A stretch of 64,000 bases of DNA from Alphaproteobacteria bacterium. Its GTDB lineage: Bacteria > Pseudomonadota > Alphaproteobacteria > UBA828. Of the stretch, positions 29,534 through 39,145 are shown piece by piece. The stretch covers positions 3,392,001-3,456,000 of the forward strand of contig CBDEFM010000002.1 of the NCBI GenBank assembly GCA_965237415.1. Reading direction: 5' to 3'. The position numbers were made by a program, and so were the translations under genes. Position 1 is the stretch's first letter; each line of letters begins with the position of its first letter. The notes beneath the pieces are model-generated. The model made no database searches. It was not told the DNA's origin and saw nothing but the letters and a program-made list of their open reading frames with translations.

Positions 29534-29808
29534 TTTTTCACCAGGGTCATGGTCTGCGCGGCGCTGTCCGGCCGACAGGGCAAGAGAGGCGCGCAGCGCG
29601 ATGCGGGGCATCGGGCAAGCGGCGTGACGCACACTGTCGGCCGGAGAGCGCCGCCCTTCGGCGGGTCGCGCCCAGGCGCCCGCCCGCGTCGCGCGGCCAC
29701 GCGCGCGGAGCGCACGATGCGGGCCTCAACCGTAGCTCCTTCGGCTCGCTCCTGGCGGATCGAACGCCTGGACGCGACGCAGACCATGACCTTGGTGAGA
29801 AATGCGGG
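29534..29808. mobile_element. MITE-like element with 25-bp inverted repeats, flanked by CTAG
   Basis: TTTTTCACCAGGGTCATGGTCTGCG (29534) vs CGCAGACCATGACCTTGGTGAGAAA (29778); right end GGTGAGAAATGCGGG resembles IS1380-like ends. Confidence 0.7.
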
Positions 29809-29879
29809 CTAGTGCTGCCCCGCGCGCTGCTGCAACGCGATGGCCGTGCATGGCATGGTGTCGACGGCAGGCAGAATCT

Positions 29880-29996
29880 TGTCGGCGCGGCGAATCCCTC
29901 GCTGAAGCGTAGGCCGAGCACACCCACGATCTCGCTGGCAATCGCGACGCCCAAAAGAAACCATGCTGAAGATGTCGCAGACTTGACTCTTTGCAT
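29880..29996 (-). pseudogene. SMR family transporter 5' fragment
   Basis: AWFLLGVAIASEIVGVLGLRFSEGF (SMR TM1 with conserved Glu). Confidence 0.75.
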
Positions 29997-30206
29997 GTGC
30001 GGCAGGTTCGTTGGGCCAATGCCTGAATTATCCAAGGAAGGGTCGCACGCGACCATCGGAGCCCGCGTAAAGGTCTCCCTTTCTCCTGATCTGAGCGAAG
30101 GAGATGCGGAGTCTTGCCGGCTCGTCCGTCGCTCGCGTAAGCTGATCTCGGCGATCAACGTCGCGCCCGCCTTTCGTAGCTGGGCGAATTTCGAGAAGGC
30201 GAGCCA

Positions 30207-30590
30207 ATGTCGAGCACCCTCGATTCACAACGGCGTATGGTCAACCTCGATACGGCGGAGTTCGTGCCATACGGGCTGCAAGGGTCGGTCCAGTCTGACC
30301 TCACTTGGTGCAACGTCAGCTATGACGAGACAGAGGGCGGCGGCTGTTTCTTGATTCGTTTCAAACCCGGTGGAACCTCAATCCCTCACGAGCACGTCGG
30401 GTATGAGGAGTTCTTGGTTCTCGACGGCGAGATCGAGGACTGCGATGGCGCTATCTACAAGAAGAACGACCTTGTATCCCTCAAGCCCGGCTCCAAGCAT
30501 TTCTCGGTCTCACACACCGGTTGCACGGTCGCGGTCTTCATTCGTGGCGGCTTCCGCACGCTAGAGAATAACGAGCCAGTTGATGGCTGA
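30207..30590 (+). CDS. Cupin domain protein (ChrR-like cupin)
   Basis: RFKPGGTSIPHEHVGYEEFLVLDG...PGSKH. Confidence 0.9.
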   Translation: MSSTLDSQRRMVNLDTAEFVPYGLQGSVQSDLTWCNVSYDETEGGGCFLIRFKPGGTSIPHEHVGYEEFLVLDGEIEDCDGAIYKKNDLVSLKPGSKHFSVSHTGCTVAVFIRGGFRTLENNEPVDG

Positions 30591-30630
30591 GCTCTGGTCC
30601 ATGGGGCCAACCGTGCAGGCGACGGCCTAG

Positions 30631-31041
30631 TTGAGCACGTCCCTCGCGTCTTATCGCACGGTCGTGAACGTCGAGACCGCGACCTTCGGGACCGTGGCGC
30701 CCCATCGCATGAACCGCGCAGTCCGCGCCGGTCGTCCGGCGTGCCCTGGCGCTAGCTACTGCAACATCAGCTACGACCCCGATGCGGGCGAGGGCTGCTA
30801 CTTGGTTCGATTCGCGCCCGGGACCGGTTCGACGCCCCACGAGCACATCGGCTACGAGGAGTTCCTGGTCCTCGACGGCACGCTGACCGATAGCGACGGC
30901 ACGGTCTACCGCCGCAACGACTTCGTCTCACTGATGCCGGGCTCGAAACATGTCTCGGTCTCGGTTGACGGTGCCACGCTCGCGGTGTTCGTCCGCGGCG
31001 GATTTCGCGTGCTCGACGAGAACGAGGATGTTCACCGCTAA
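30631..31041 (+). CDS. Cupin domain protein, paralog of the preceding gene
   Basis: RFAPGTGSTPHEHIGYEEFLVLDG...PGSKH. Confidence 0.88.
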   Translation: MSTSLASYRTVVNVETATFGTVAPHRMNRAVRAGRPACPGASYCNISYDPDAGEGCYLVRFAPGTGSTPHEHIGYEEFLVLDGTLTDSDGTVYRRNDFVSLMPGSKHVSVSVDGATLAVFVRGGFRVLDENEDVHR

Positions 31042-31065
31042 CGGCGGGTAGAGCGCCGCACTCTC

Positions 31066-31336
31066 CTACTCGGCTGCTTCGGCTTCGGCGAGTTCGGCGC
31101 TAAGTCTCTCGATCGGGGCGCGTTTGGCGTCATCGTCGAGCTTCTTCAACTCGTTGTTCATGGCGCGCTCGTTGACCGATTGGTTCCAGTAGTCCAGCGA
31201 CTCGAACCCGAGGAGCGCCCACTTGCCGACGAACTGGCGCAGCACCTCGTTGGTCGGCCCCATGATCCAACCGGCCTTCGCGTCCCTGACCACGCGCTCG
31301 ATGACGAGACTCTTCTTGTAGCCGGTGCCTCCGCAG
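31066..31336 (-). pseudogene. Acyl-CoA dehydrogenase 3' fragment
   Basis: CGGTGY...IERVVRDAKAGWIMGPTNEVLR; cut by an IS3 end. Confidence 0.8.
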
Positions 31337-31446
31337 TGATCCTCTCCCATCGGATTGATCCATCCATAGGTTTAGGAACGAGGAGGAGCAACGATGGCAA
31401 GGAAGCGCTACAAGCCGGAGGAGATCGTCAGCTTGCTGCGGCAAGC
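31337..31446 (+). mobile_element. IS3-family left end and orfA start
   Basis: TGATCCTCTCCC... end, AGGAGGAG RBS, MARKRYKPEEIVSLLRQA. Confidence 0.8.
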
Positions 31447-31537
31447 GCGCCCGCACGCACGCGTGAACCCACCGTCCCAAGACGGGTTGCGGCGTTCGTG
31501 ATCTGGAGGCCGATCGCTTGGGTAGGGTCGTTCGTTA

Positions 31538-31843
31538 CTAGAAATAGAACAGCTGCTCCTGCGTAACGCCCTCTTCTCCGAAACTGATCAAGCCGGCGCC
31601 GACAATATTGCCGACCTGCCATTTGCACCATGCCGTACCGCCCTCGACCACGACATCGGTGATGTCCATCTTGTCACCAATCTTTCTTAGCTCGGCGATG
31701 TAGCCCGGCAGGTCGTTTCTTCCGTAGACGGCCCCGTCTTTGTCGAGAAGCTTGTAGTCGTCGGTGACGTTCGCAGCGATTGCTTCAGCGTTCAGGTCGC
31801 CGAATCCGCTCGCATATCCACCCAACTTGTCTGCTGCTGACAT
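31538..31843 (-). CDS. SnoaL/NTF2-like small protein
   Basis: GYASGFGDLNAEAIAANVTDDY...DVVVEGGTAWCKW; GAGGAG RBS. Confidence 0.75.
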   Translation of the reverse strand: MSAADKLGGYASGFGDLNAEAIAANVTDDYKLLDKDGAVYGRNDLPGYIAELRKIGDKMDITDVVVEGGTAWCKWQVGNIVGAGLISFGEEGVTQEQLFYF

Positions 31844-31958
31844 GCTTCTCCTCCTCGGTGTGTATTGTGGCTGTATCGAATAACAGGGTCGGGCGGCCAT
31901 CGCTCATCAACCCTCGCTACACAAGTCAAGACGCGCCGGACCTGTGGCCGTCGCACGG

Positions 31959-32828
31959 TCAGTTGTGAGCCGCATTCAAGAAAGTCTCGATATCTGGGGT
32001 TCGATAGCCGTCGCGAGTCCAGAGGACCGGAAAGTAGTTCTCATCGATGGTGTTATCGCCGAGCCGCTTGTAGCGGCTGTAGATCGACCCGACACCTTGG
32101 CCCAAGCGGTCCGGAACGTAGTGCGTGTCGCTTCGCATGGCGTGCAGCACCAGAGAACGGCGGGGGATCGTCGCGGTGTTGTCGCCTGAGCCGTGCCAGG
32201 TCCAACCGTGATGGAAGGAGCCGCCGCCCCTAGGAACTTCCACATGGACGATTTCCGGCTCGACACCCTCCTCGGCGGCGGCCTGCTCCATGTACTTGCG
32301 GTATTCCTTGGGGCCGTGAAACTCGCCTTCGGGCTGCGAATGGTGCCATCGGTGCGATCCGCGGACGAATTCGACCGTTCCTGCATCGGCCCGGGTGTCA
32401 TCGAGTGCCATCCAGCAGCTCAGTAACTCCGTTGGCTGGAACCATTCCAAATACGCATTGTCCTGGTGATAAGCCAGCGGCCGTGTGCCGGGCGGCTTCC
32501 ACAGCAGGTTATCGACCATCACGCGCGCGCCCGGCCATCCGCCGAGTGTGGCGATCGCCTTGCCCAAGTCGGCCCTCATGACCACTGACGCAATCGTTCG
32601 ATCCGCCTTCCATCCGTTGCAGATTTGCCGAGTCAGGGAAGGGTCGCTCTCGCCCTCTTGCCAGTTGACCTCATCCGGCAGGATTCCGGTTTCGAATTCG
32701 CCGCGAAAGAGTTTTCCGTAGCGCGCGTGAAGTGCCTCGACCGTCTCGTCATCGATCAGTTTATCGACGATCACAAAGCCGTCTTCGTTGAATTGGTCGA
32801 TCTGTGCGGACGTGAGTTCGAAAAACAT
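31959..32828 (-). CDS. Phytanoyl-CoA dioxygenase (PhyH) family Fe(II)/2OG oxygenase
   Basis: FNEDGFVIV, YHQD, CWMALDD, GSHRW, HHGWTWHGSG. Confidence 0.92.
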   Translation of the reverse strand: MFFELTSAQIDQFNEDGFVIVDKLIDDETVEALHARYGKLFRGEFETGILPDEVNWQEGESDPSLTRQICNGWKADRTIASVVMRADLGKAIATLGGWPGARVMVDNLLWKPPGTRPLAYHQDNAYLEWFQPTELLSCWMALDDTRADAGTVEFVRGSHRWHHSQPEGEFHGPKEYRKYMEQAAAEEGVEPEIVHVEVPRGGGSFHHGWTWHGSGDNTATIPRRSLVLHAMRSDTHYVPDRLGQGVGSIYSRYKRLGDNTIDENYFPVLWTRDGYRTPDIETFLNAAHN

Positions 32829-32849
32829 CTGCGATTCTCCATCACCCCG

Positions 32850-33301
32850 TCAGGGCAAGCAATCCAGATACATGTTCACATCCCAGTCTGAGACCTGCCA
32901 GATGAACTTGTTCCATTCGTCGCGCTTGTACCAATCGTAGACCCTGTAGAGGTCCCCAGGGAGGGCGGATCTGATCACGTCGTCCTCCGCCAGCGCTTCG
33001 AGCGCATCGTGCAGGGTGGTGGGAATCCGTTCGATGGTTTTGCCCGAGTTCAGTACATCGACGAAGTTTCGGTCTTCAGGCTCCCCAGGATCGATCCGAT
33101 TCTTGATGCCGTCGTCGAGGGCCTTCAAAAGGGCCGCCTGCATGAGATAGGGATTGACCATGCTGTCCACGCAGCGGAACTCGAACCGATCCGGGCTCGA
33201 GACACGAATGGCGCACGACCTGTTCTGAAGGCCCCAACTCGCGCCGACCGGTGCCCACAGACCCGTGTCGTTCAACCGCCGGTAGGAGTTCACCGCGGAC
33301 G
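32850..33301 (-). pseudogene. Glutamine synthetase-family ligase, 3' fragment
   Basis: VNSYRRL, WGLQNRSCAIR, RFEFRCVDSMVNPYL; cut at 33301 by an IS-like end. Confidence 0.85.
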
Positions 33302-33647
33302 TGACCCGCCCCCGTTGAGTGGTCCTGGTTGAGTTTTAGTGCATCGCCGGTTTTTCCGCCAAGCCGGGCGGGCGGCGGAGAGGAGCGGAGCCAGGCGGCC
33401 AGCTTGGCGGAATGACCGTTTCCGGCGTCGGCGGTCAGTGTCCCAGGCTGCCATGTGGACGATTGCAGTGGATGTGACGAGGGCCCACAGGCATTTGATC
33501 GAATCCACTTGTGTTTTGCTTGCAGAGCTTTGAAATGAGAAGTTGCGAGATTGGAGCGTGAGCGAAATATATCGCCAAAACAGTGGGTTATAGAATGTCT
33601 GAGAACAGGCCACCGAGTGAAATGTTAGGAGTGGTGAGAAATCCGGG
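33302..33647. mobile_element. Fused IS end remnants (TG-starting end at left, IS1380-like end at right)
   Basis: TGACCCGCCCCCGTTGAGTGGTCC...; ...GGTGAGAAATCCGGG|CTA nearly identical to 29794-29811. Confidence 0.55.
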
Positions 33648-33888
33648 CTACCATCGGACTGGCAGGCGGAGAGGCGCGGGTGGAGAGCCATGAGCTACAC
33701 GATCGCCGAAAAGATTCTCGGGCGCGCGAGCAGGGCAGGCGTGCCGGTGCGGGCCGGCACGGAGGTCGAGGTCAAGCCCGACTATGTGCTGGGCTACGAC
33801 TTCCCCGGCTATCACGACCTCATCTTCAAGCAGATGAAGGAGGAGTTCGGCATTGAGCGCGTCGCCGAGCCGGAACGCTTCGCCCTCT
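33647..33888 (+). repeat. 242-bp direct repeat of 35836-36077 (5' end of leuC-like gene; pseudogene copy)
   Basis: Near-identical (about 6 mismatches by eye), includes RBS and MSYTIAEKILGRAS...ERFAL. Confidence 0.92.
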
Positions 33889-33899
33889 GTGTCGACACC

Positions 33900-34109
33900 A
33901 CGGCGGCCGGCGGTAACGCATCGCTGCTCGCCGAGGCGGGCGGCTAAGGCCGGCAGTCTCGCCACCGAAGCTCATGGTGGACAACTTCGAGGGCCTGGCA
34001 ATGGTTCCCGGTTTGGAACGGCGGTACGCTCGTCTACATCCTCTCCGAGGACACCTTCAATTCCCTCCAGCGCACGCTCCTTCTGCTGTTTCGTCTGGAG
34101 GCTTCTTGA
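33900..34109 (+). pseudogene. Esterase-like activity of phytase family 3' fragment
   Basis: VDNFEGLA...TLVYILSEDTFNSLQRTLLLLFRL*. Confidence 0.7.
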
Positions 34110-34143
34110 CGTAGACCCGCGTCAATTCAAGTCTGCTCCGTGC

Positions 34144-35682
34144 TCATCGCGTGCCACCAAAGCCTGCGAGCAGCCGCACGTCCCGGTCGTCGAGAACGCC
34201 GGCCATCTCCTCATGCGCGGGGCCGAAGAACCCGCCCATAATGCGGCCCTCCTCGTCCGAAAACCCGTTGTCGGTGATACCGACAGCGTATTCCAGGTTC
34301 GGCATTTGAAAGGCGCGGGATACGCCATTTACGTCCACGATGAGGTTGTCAAAGCGTGCAGTGCCCGTGAGGACCGCCAGGTCCACGCCTAACGCTGCTT
34401 CGCCGAACACCGGCGGTAGAGCCGCGTGTCCGGTATCGACGCCCAGGAGAGAGCCTGTCCACGTGACTTCGCCCGTCAAGACTGTCGAGTCGGCGAGGTT
34501 CGTCGCGGGGTTCATACCGAACGCATCGGCGGCGGCCCGCAGCCTGTCGCTACTGCCACTCAGGCGGCGCTCCACCCCGACACCCCAGGCGCCATAGCGG
34601 CCCCAGGCGCCATACCCGTAGAGCTCCGGCTCTGACGCGCTTGCCTGGTCGAGGATCTCGTATCCCAGGTCGGTGAGGATCGCGAAGTCGAGCGCGCTCG
34701 GCCCGATCAGATTTCTGTCCCGGCTGCAATAGGCCATCACGGAGGAGCACACACCGGGATGGCCGTAATCGACCTCGGCGCCGCGCGTGCCAGGCGCAAG
34801 CGGCTCCAGATCCGCGTTGATCCATTGGAAGGGCAGAGGCGCGCCGCCGTTGGCCCGCATTGCCTCGGGACCGTCGAACGTGTTGTCGACATAGTTCGCG
34901 TAGCGTTCGAACGAGGGGAAGAACCTGCCCGGAAAGATTCCCAGGACATGCCCGATCTCGTGCGCCAGGTGGGAGGTGTCGTCATGACGTTGCCGAGACA
35001 GCAGGATCGAGCCGAGCCACGGCTCCAGGTCATCGAAACTGTAGTCGTAGTCCTGAAAGCCGCCCGATGAGATATCATCGGAGTCCGGCCCCTTGTCCAG
35101 CACGAAGATGAGGACGCCATCCGTCGTCACCGCTTCGTCCACAGGCATGTGGATATCTCCGTGATAGATGGTCGTCCCCCCCGGCGCATCATGCGTCCCG
35201 AAGTCGTCCAGAATTCGGTAGGACCAGGTCTTCCCCGCACGCTCCATCCGGGCACGCGTCGCCCTGTCGGCATTCTCCGCAAAGCGCCAGTCGAATTCGA
35301 TGTTCAGCGTGCCTGCCGGGCCGCCCTTCCACTGCCCGTAGGTGATCCCGTCCCGCTCGCCGATGATCTCGATGTCATCGGCGCGAATATTCCGCAGCTT
35401 GGTCCCGGCCCTGGCGGCATTGCCGCCTGCACCAGCCAGCAGAGAGCCGATCGTGGCCCGTCGGGCGTCAATGTCCTGCACAGCCACGAGGCCCAGTGCG
35501 CTCCGCAGACGCTCCGGGTCGTTCCAGTGATCGAGCAGGTCCTCCGCTCCCGGATTTCTACGCTCGTGGGCTCCGAATTGGGTTGCGACAGGGCCATCAC
35601 CACTGCCGCCACCGCCACAGCCGATCAGGCCCGGCGCGAGCAACACGGCGATTGCCGCCGTAATCAGCGGTCTGAAAGACAT
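34144..35682 (-). CDS. Lipoprotein with HExxH zinc-metallopeptidase motif and C-terminal TbpB-like beta-barrel
   Basis: Lipobox LIGC plus Gly linker, HEIGHVLG, SVMAY, WTGSLLG...GGFFGPAHEEMAGVL..AGFGG. Confidence 0.75.
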   Translation of the reverse strand: MSFRPLITAAIAVLLAPGLIGCGGGGSGDGPVATQFGAHERRNPGAEDLLDHWNDPERLRSALGLVAVQDIDARRATIGSLLAGAGGNAARAGTKLRNIRADDIEIIGERDGITYGQWKGGPAGTLNIEFDWRFAENADRATRARMERAGKTWSYRILDDFGTHDAPGGTTIYHGDIHMPVDEAVTTDGVLIFVLDKGPDSDDISSGGFQDYDYSFDDLEPWLGSILLSRQRHDDTSHLAHEIGHVLGIFPGRFFPSFERYANYVDNTFDGPEAMRANGGAPLPFQWINADLEPLAPGTRGAEVDYGHPGVCSSVMAYCSRDRNLIGPSALDFAILTDLGYEILDQASASEPELYGYGAWGRYGAWGVGVERRLSGSSDRLRAAADAFGMNPATNLADSTVLTGEVTWTGSLLGVDTGHAALPPVFGEAALGVDLAVLTGTARFDNLIVDVNGVSRAFQMPNLEYAVGITDNGFSDEEGRIMGGFFGPAHEEMAGVLDDRDVRLLAGFGGTR

Positions 35683-35878
35683 GAGCACTTCTCCCTGCAT
35701 CGTCGCCTAACCCCGACGGGTCGGGCGCGCCCCGGCATTTGCGCGGGCTTGTTGTTCAAGGTGCTTCTTGGGACATGATAATCCTATCCACTCGAGGGAT
35801 TAATGGTGCGCATCCCCCGCCGCCGCCGAGACGGTGCTACCATCGGACTGGCAGGCAGAGAGGCGCGGGTGGAGAGCC

Positions 35879-37162
35879 ATGAGCTACACGATCGCCGAAA
35901 AGATTCTCGGGCGCGCGAGCAGGGAAGGCGTGCCGGTGCGGGCCGGCACGGAAGTCGAGGTCAAGCCCGACTATGTGCTGGGCTACGACTTCCCCGGCTA
36001 TCTCGACCTCATCTTCAAGCAGATGAAGGAGGAGTTCGGCATCGAGCGCGTGGCCGAGCCGGAACGCTTCGCCCTCTTCATCGACCACATGGTGCCCGCC
36101 AACACGCCGGAGGAGGAGGACCTCCACATCGTCACCCGCACCTGGTGCGCGGAGAACGGCGTGAAGCTGCACGAGCGCGAGGGGATCGGCCATCAGGTGG
36201 CGGCGGAGGCGGGCTATGCCGTGCCCGGCGGCTTCGTCGTCCACTTCGACGGCCACATCGCGCAGCTCGGCGCCTTCGGCACGCTCGCCATCGGCATCCA
36301 CACGCAACTGTTGGAGGCCTTCGTCCGCGAGCGGATCGACTTCACCGTGCCGGAGACCACGCGGGTCAACCTGAGCGGCACGCTCAGCCCCGGCGTCATG
36401 GCCCGCGACGTGTTCCATCATCTGGTGCGGGTGCTCGGCCCCCGCTCTTGCCGCTTTCAGGTGCTGGAACTGGGCGGGCCGGCGCTCGGCGCGATCTCGC
36501 TGGAGGGCCGCCAGACGATCACGGGCCTTGCCATGTTCACGGGCGCGCTCACCGCGATCTGCAACCCGGATCGGCTCGCGCTCGACTATGCGCATGCGCA
36601 CGTGACCCAGCCCTTCGAGCCGCAGGCGAGCGACGCGGACGCCACGTACGCCGCGGTGCACGAGGTCGATCTCACCGGCTTGGCCCCGATCGTCGTGGTG
36701 CCGCCCAATCCTGCGGCCACCGCCGATCTCGCCGACCATGCCGGGCTCGCGGTGCAGTCCGGCTATCTCGGCTCCTGTGCCTCCGGCCGGCTGGAGGATC
36801 TGCGGGCTGCGGCAGCGGTGCTCAAGGGCCGCCGTGTCGCGCCGGGGTTCCAGCTTCACATCGTACCGACCAGCCAGGCGATCATGGCGGCGGCGGCGCG
36901 GGAGGGCCTGCTCGAGACGCTGATCGAGGCCGGTGCCTTCGTCACCTCGTCGTCGTGCGATTACTGCTACGGACGGATCGCGACCATGACCGCGGGCCAG
37001 CGCGCGGTCTCCACCGGCACGCTCAACGTCACGGGGCGCATGGGGAGCCCCGAGTCCGAGATCTATCTCTGCAATGCCGCGGCAGTGGCGGCGTCGGCGC
37101 TGGAGGGGCGGATCGCCGATCCGCGCCCCTACCTCGCGGAGGCGGCGGAGGCTGGCGCATGA
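35879..37162 (+). CDS. 3-isopropylmalate dehydratase/aconitase-family large subunit (LeuC-like)
   Basis: TIAEKIL, IDH, GIGHQ, GSCASGR, SSCDYC, GRMGSP. Confidence 0.88.
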   Translation: MSYTIAEKILGRASREGVPVRAGTEVEVKPDYVLGYDFPGYLDLIFKQMKEEFGIERVAEPERFALFIDHMVPANTPEEEDLHIVTRTWCAENGVKLHEREGIGHQVAAEAGYAVPGGFVVHFDGHIAQLGAFGTLAIGIHTQLLEAFVRERIDFTVPETTRVNLSGTLSPGVMARDVFHHLVRVLGPRSCRFQVLELGGPALGAISLEGRQTITGLAMFTGALTAICNPDRLALDYAHAHVTQPFEPQASDADATYAAVHEVDLTGLAPIVVVPPNPAATADLADHAGLAVQSGYLGSCASGRLEDLRAAAAVLKGRRVAPGFQLHIVPTSQAIMAAAAREGLLETLIEAGAFVTSSSCDYCYGRIATMTAGQRAVSTGTLNVTGRMGSPESEIYLCNAAAVAASALEGRIADPRPYLAEAAEAGA

Positions 37163-37680
37163 GCCTTGCGCCCCTGCGGGGTCGCGTCGCCTTCGTCTTC
37201 GAGGAGGCGGACTTCGACGTGGACCAGATCGTGGGCGTCGAGAACATCCGTCTCACGGACCCGGATGCGCTCGCTGCCTGCGCCATGCGCCGCTTCGACC
37301 CCGGCTTCGCCGAGAAGGTCGAGCCCGGCGATGTGGTCGTCGGCGCCGAGAACTTCGGCTACGGCCATCCCCACTTCGCGCCGATGATCGGGCTCCGCCG
37401 CTTGGGCATCCGCGCCGTCATCGCCGAGTCCTTCGCCACCGGCTACTGGCGGGAGGAGATCGCCGAGGGCTTCCCGCAGATCGCCTGCCCCGGCATCATC
37501 GGCCTTGCCCGGCGCTGGGACGAGATCGAGATCGACTGGGAGGCAGCGCAAGTTCGCAATCTGAGCCGGGGCGGGGCGCGCGCCATCGCCCCCTATTCCA
37601 GTGCCGAGCGCGGCATGCTGCAGGCCGGCGGGCTCATCCCCTACCTGCGCGAGAAGCTCAGCGCGGAAGGGAGCGGCTAA
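37159..37680 (+). CDS. LeuD-like small subunit
   Basis: DVDQI, GAENFGYG, AVIAESFA, AGGLIPYL. Confidence 0.88.
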   Translation: MSLAPLRGRVAFVFEEADFDVDQIVGVENIRLTDPDALAACAMRRFDPGFAEKVEPGDVVVGAENFGYGHPHFAPMIGLRRLGIRAVIAESFATGYWREEIAEGFPQIACPGIIGLARRWDEIEIDWEAAQVRNLSRGGARAIAPYSSAERGMLQAGGLIPYLREKLSAEGSG

Positions 37681-37689
37681 GCCCGCAAT

Positions 37690-38202
37690 TCACGCGCGGG
37701 AGCGGTACTCTTCCGGCATCTGCGGGTTGTTGGCGGGGTCGGTGTCGTGCTTCGCGAGCCGCTTCACAACGCCTGCGCCGACGAGCGGCGTGAGCGCGGC
37801 TTCGAGGGCGTCCGCCCGATCCTTGGCGTAAACTTCCGCGCCGCCGACGTGGATCGAGAACGATTTCCGGTACTTCGCCTTCTTGGCCCGGTCGGCGATC
37901 ACCGCCTTGGTCCAGGCATAGAGCGGGTAATGCTCGATGCCACGCGCCTCGGCTTCCGCGCAATAGCCGGCGAAGGCGTCATACTGACATATGAGCTCTG
38001 CATTGTGGGCGGCGAGGATACGGCGCAGGGACCTGAGCCCCGGATGATCCGCACCCGTTTGCGCCGCTGCCGCGGCATCGTCCGCGAGATCGACGCGAAG
38101 CTGGTATTGCCACTCTCCGTCGGCTGCCCGAGGGGCCGGTAGTCCTTCTGGCATCGCAGATGCCTTCCTGCGGCGCGTTCGGGACACGCGCACCACCCCC
38201 AT
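37690..38202 (-). CDS. Conserved hypothetical protein
   Basis: WQYQLR...CQYDAFAGYCAEAE...YPLYAWTKA...HDTDPANNPQMP; start uncertain. Confidence 0.7.
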   Translation of the reverse strand: MGVVRVSRTRRRKASAMPEGLPAPRAADGEWQYQLRVDLADDAAAAAQTGADHPGLRSLRRILAAHNAELICQYDAFAGYCAEAEARGIEHYPLYAWTKAVIADRAKKAKYRKSFSIHVGGAEVYAKDRADALEAALTPLVGAGVVKRLAKHDTDPANNPQMPEEYRSRA

Positions 38203-38378
38203 GGATACGCCCGCTGCCTCTGCGTGCCAATCGTTGCGTGCGTTCAGTCTGTGCTGGCCCGGCCTGTCTTTGCCGCGCCGGCGGGGGCGCGTAAGCTCTG
38301 CCCCCCGCGCGAAGGGGCGGAGGCCGCAGGGGCCGGGCGCCGGGCGATACTGCACGAATGGGACGAAAGGAGCACCTC

Positions 38379-38969
38379 GTGGAAAGAGAGGCGCGCTATC
38401 CGGATTACATCGGCATCTCGGATGTGAACACGAAATCCTTCGAGCAGATGCGTGTAGAGGGCTACTTCGACGGCCAGCCGTCAATCATGTTCGACGAGCC
38501 CGAAGGATTCGATATCGGCGATCCACCCGATCTGCAGGGGCGATCGCGGGGTTGGACTCCGGTTCATGCGCAGCTCTGTGCTCTGGCCTCCTGCACGTCC
38601 ATCACCATCACTGTGGTGGCCCGCGACCAGGGCTTCAAATATCAGGATCTTCGGACGAATATCCGCTCTCTCATCGACATCCGAGGCTTCTTTTTCGATC
38701 TGCATCTACAACCTAAATACGAGCAGATCAATTTCGACCTCTATGTGAAGACGCGGGAAAAGACGGAGCGGGTGAAGGACCTTGCGCGGGAAACGGATCG
38801 CCGCTGCCCGCAGATCGGCCTGTTCAGAATGGCAGGCGTTCCCATGATGATGAGCTGGTACCGGGAGGGGTCGAAAAGGCCGTTGTTCGTAGACAAATTT
38901 CATATTGGACGGGGCAAAACACCGGAGGAAAAACTGATCGAGCGGCAGAAAAAGGCCGCAGAGAAGTAA
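38379..38969 (+). CDS. OsmC/Ohr family protein
   Basis: FDEP, GWTP...LCALASC, RRCP; AAAGGAG RBS. Confidence 0.8.
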   Translation: MEREARYPDYIGISDVNTKSFEQMRVEGYFDGQPSIMFDEPEGFDIGDPPDLQGRSRGWTPVHAQLCALASCTSITITVVARDQGFKYQDLRTNIRSLIDIRGFFFDLHLQPKYEQINFDLYVKTREKTERVKDLARETDRRCPQIGLFRMAGVPMMMSWYREGSKRPLFVDKFHIGRGKTPEEKLIERQKKAAEK

Positions 38970-39145
38970 GCCGCATTCCAACTCCATCCTGCTGCTTCCG
39001 GCGAGGAGGAGGTGCTCAGCCTCCCACATCAGAGAGGATGTCTCCGCTGTCGCTACTCCTCTTTGCCACCGGCGGCTGAAGGCGAATCCGCGGCGCGCGC
39101 CGGGAGTCTCCAACCCATTGAGGCGTTATTCTAAGGGGGTAACGA

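Noticed and set aside
33647-36077. DGR template/variable repeat pair
   Set aside because: Few mismatches, not confined to adenines, located at a gene 5' end, and no reverse transcriptase in the window.
35879-37680. Assignment as the housekeeping leuC/leuD
   Set aside because: Divergent motifs (GYDFPG, FDGH) and no leuB nearby; the substrate is uncertain, so no gene symbol is given.
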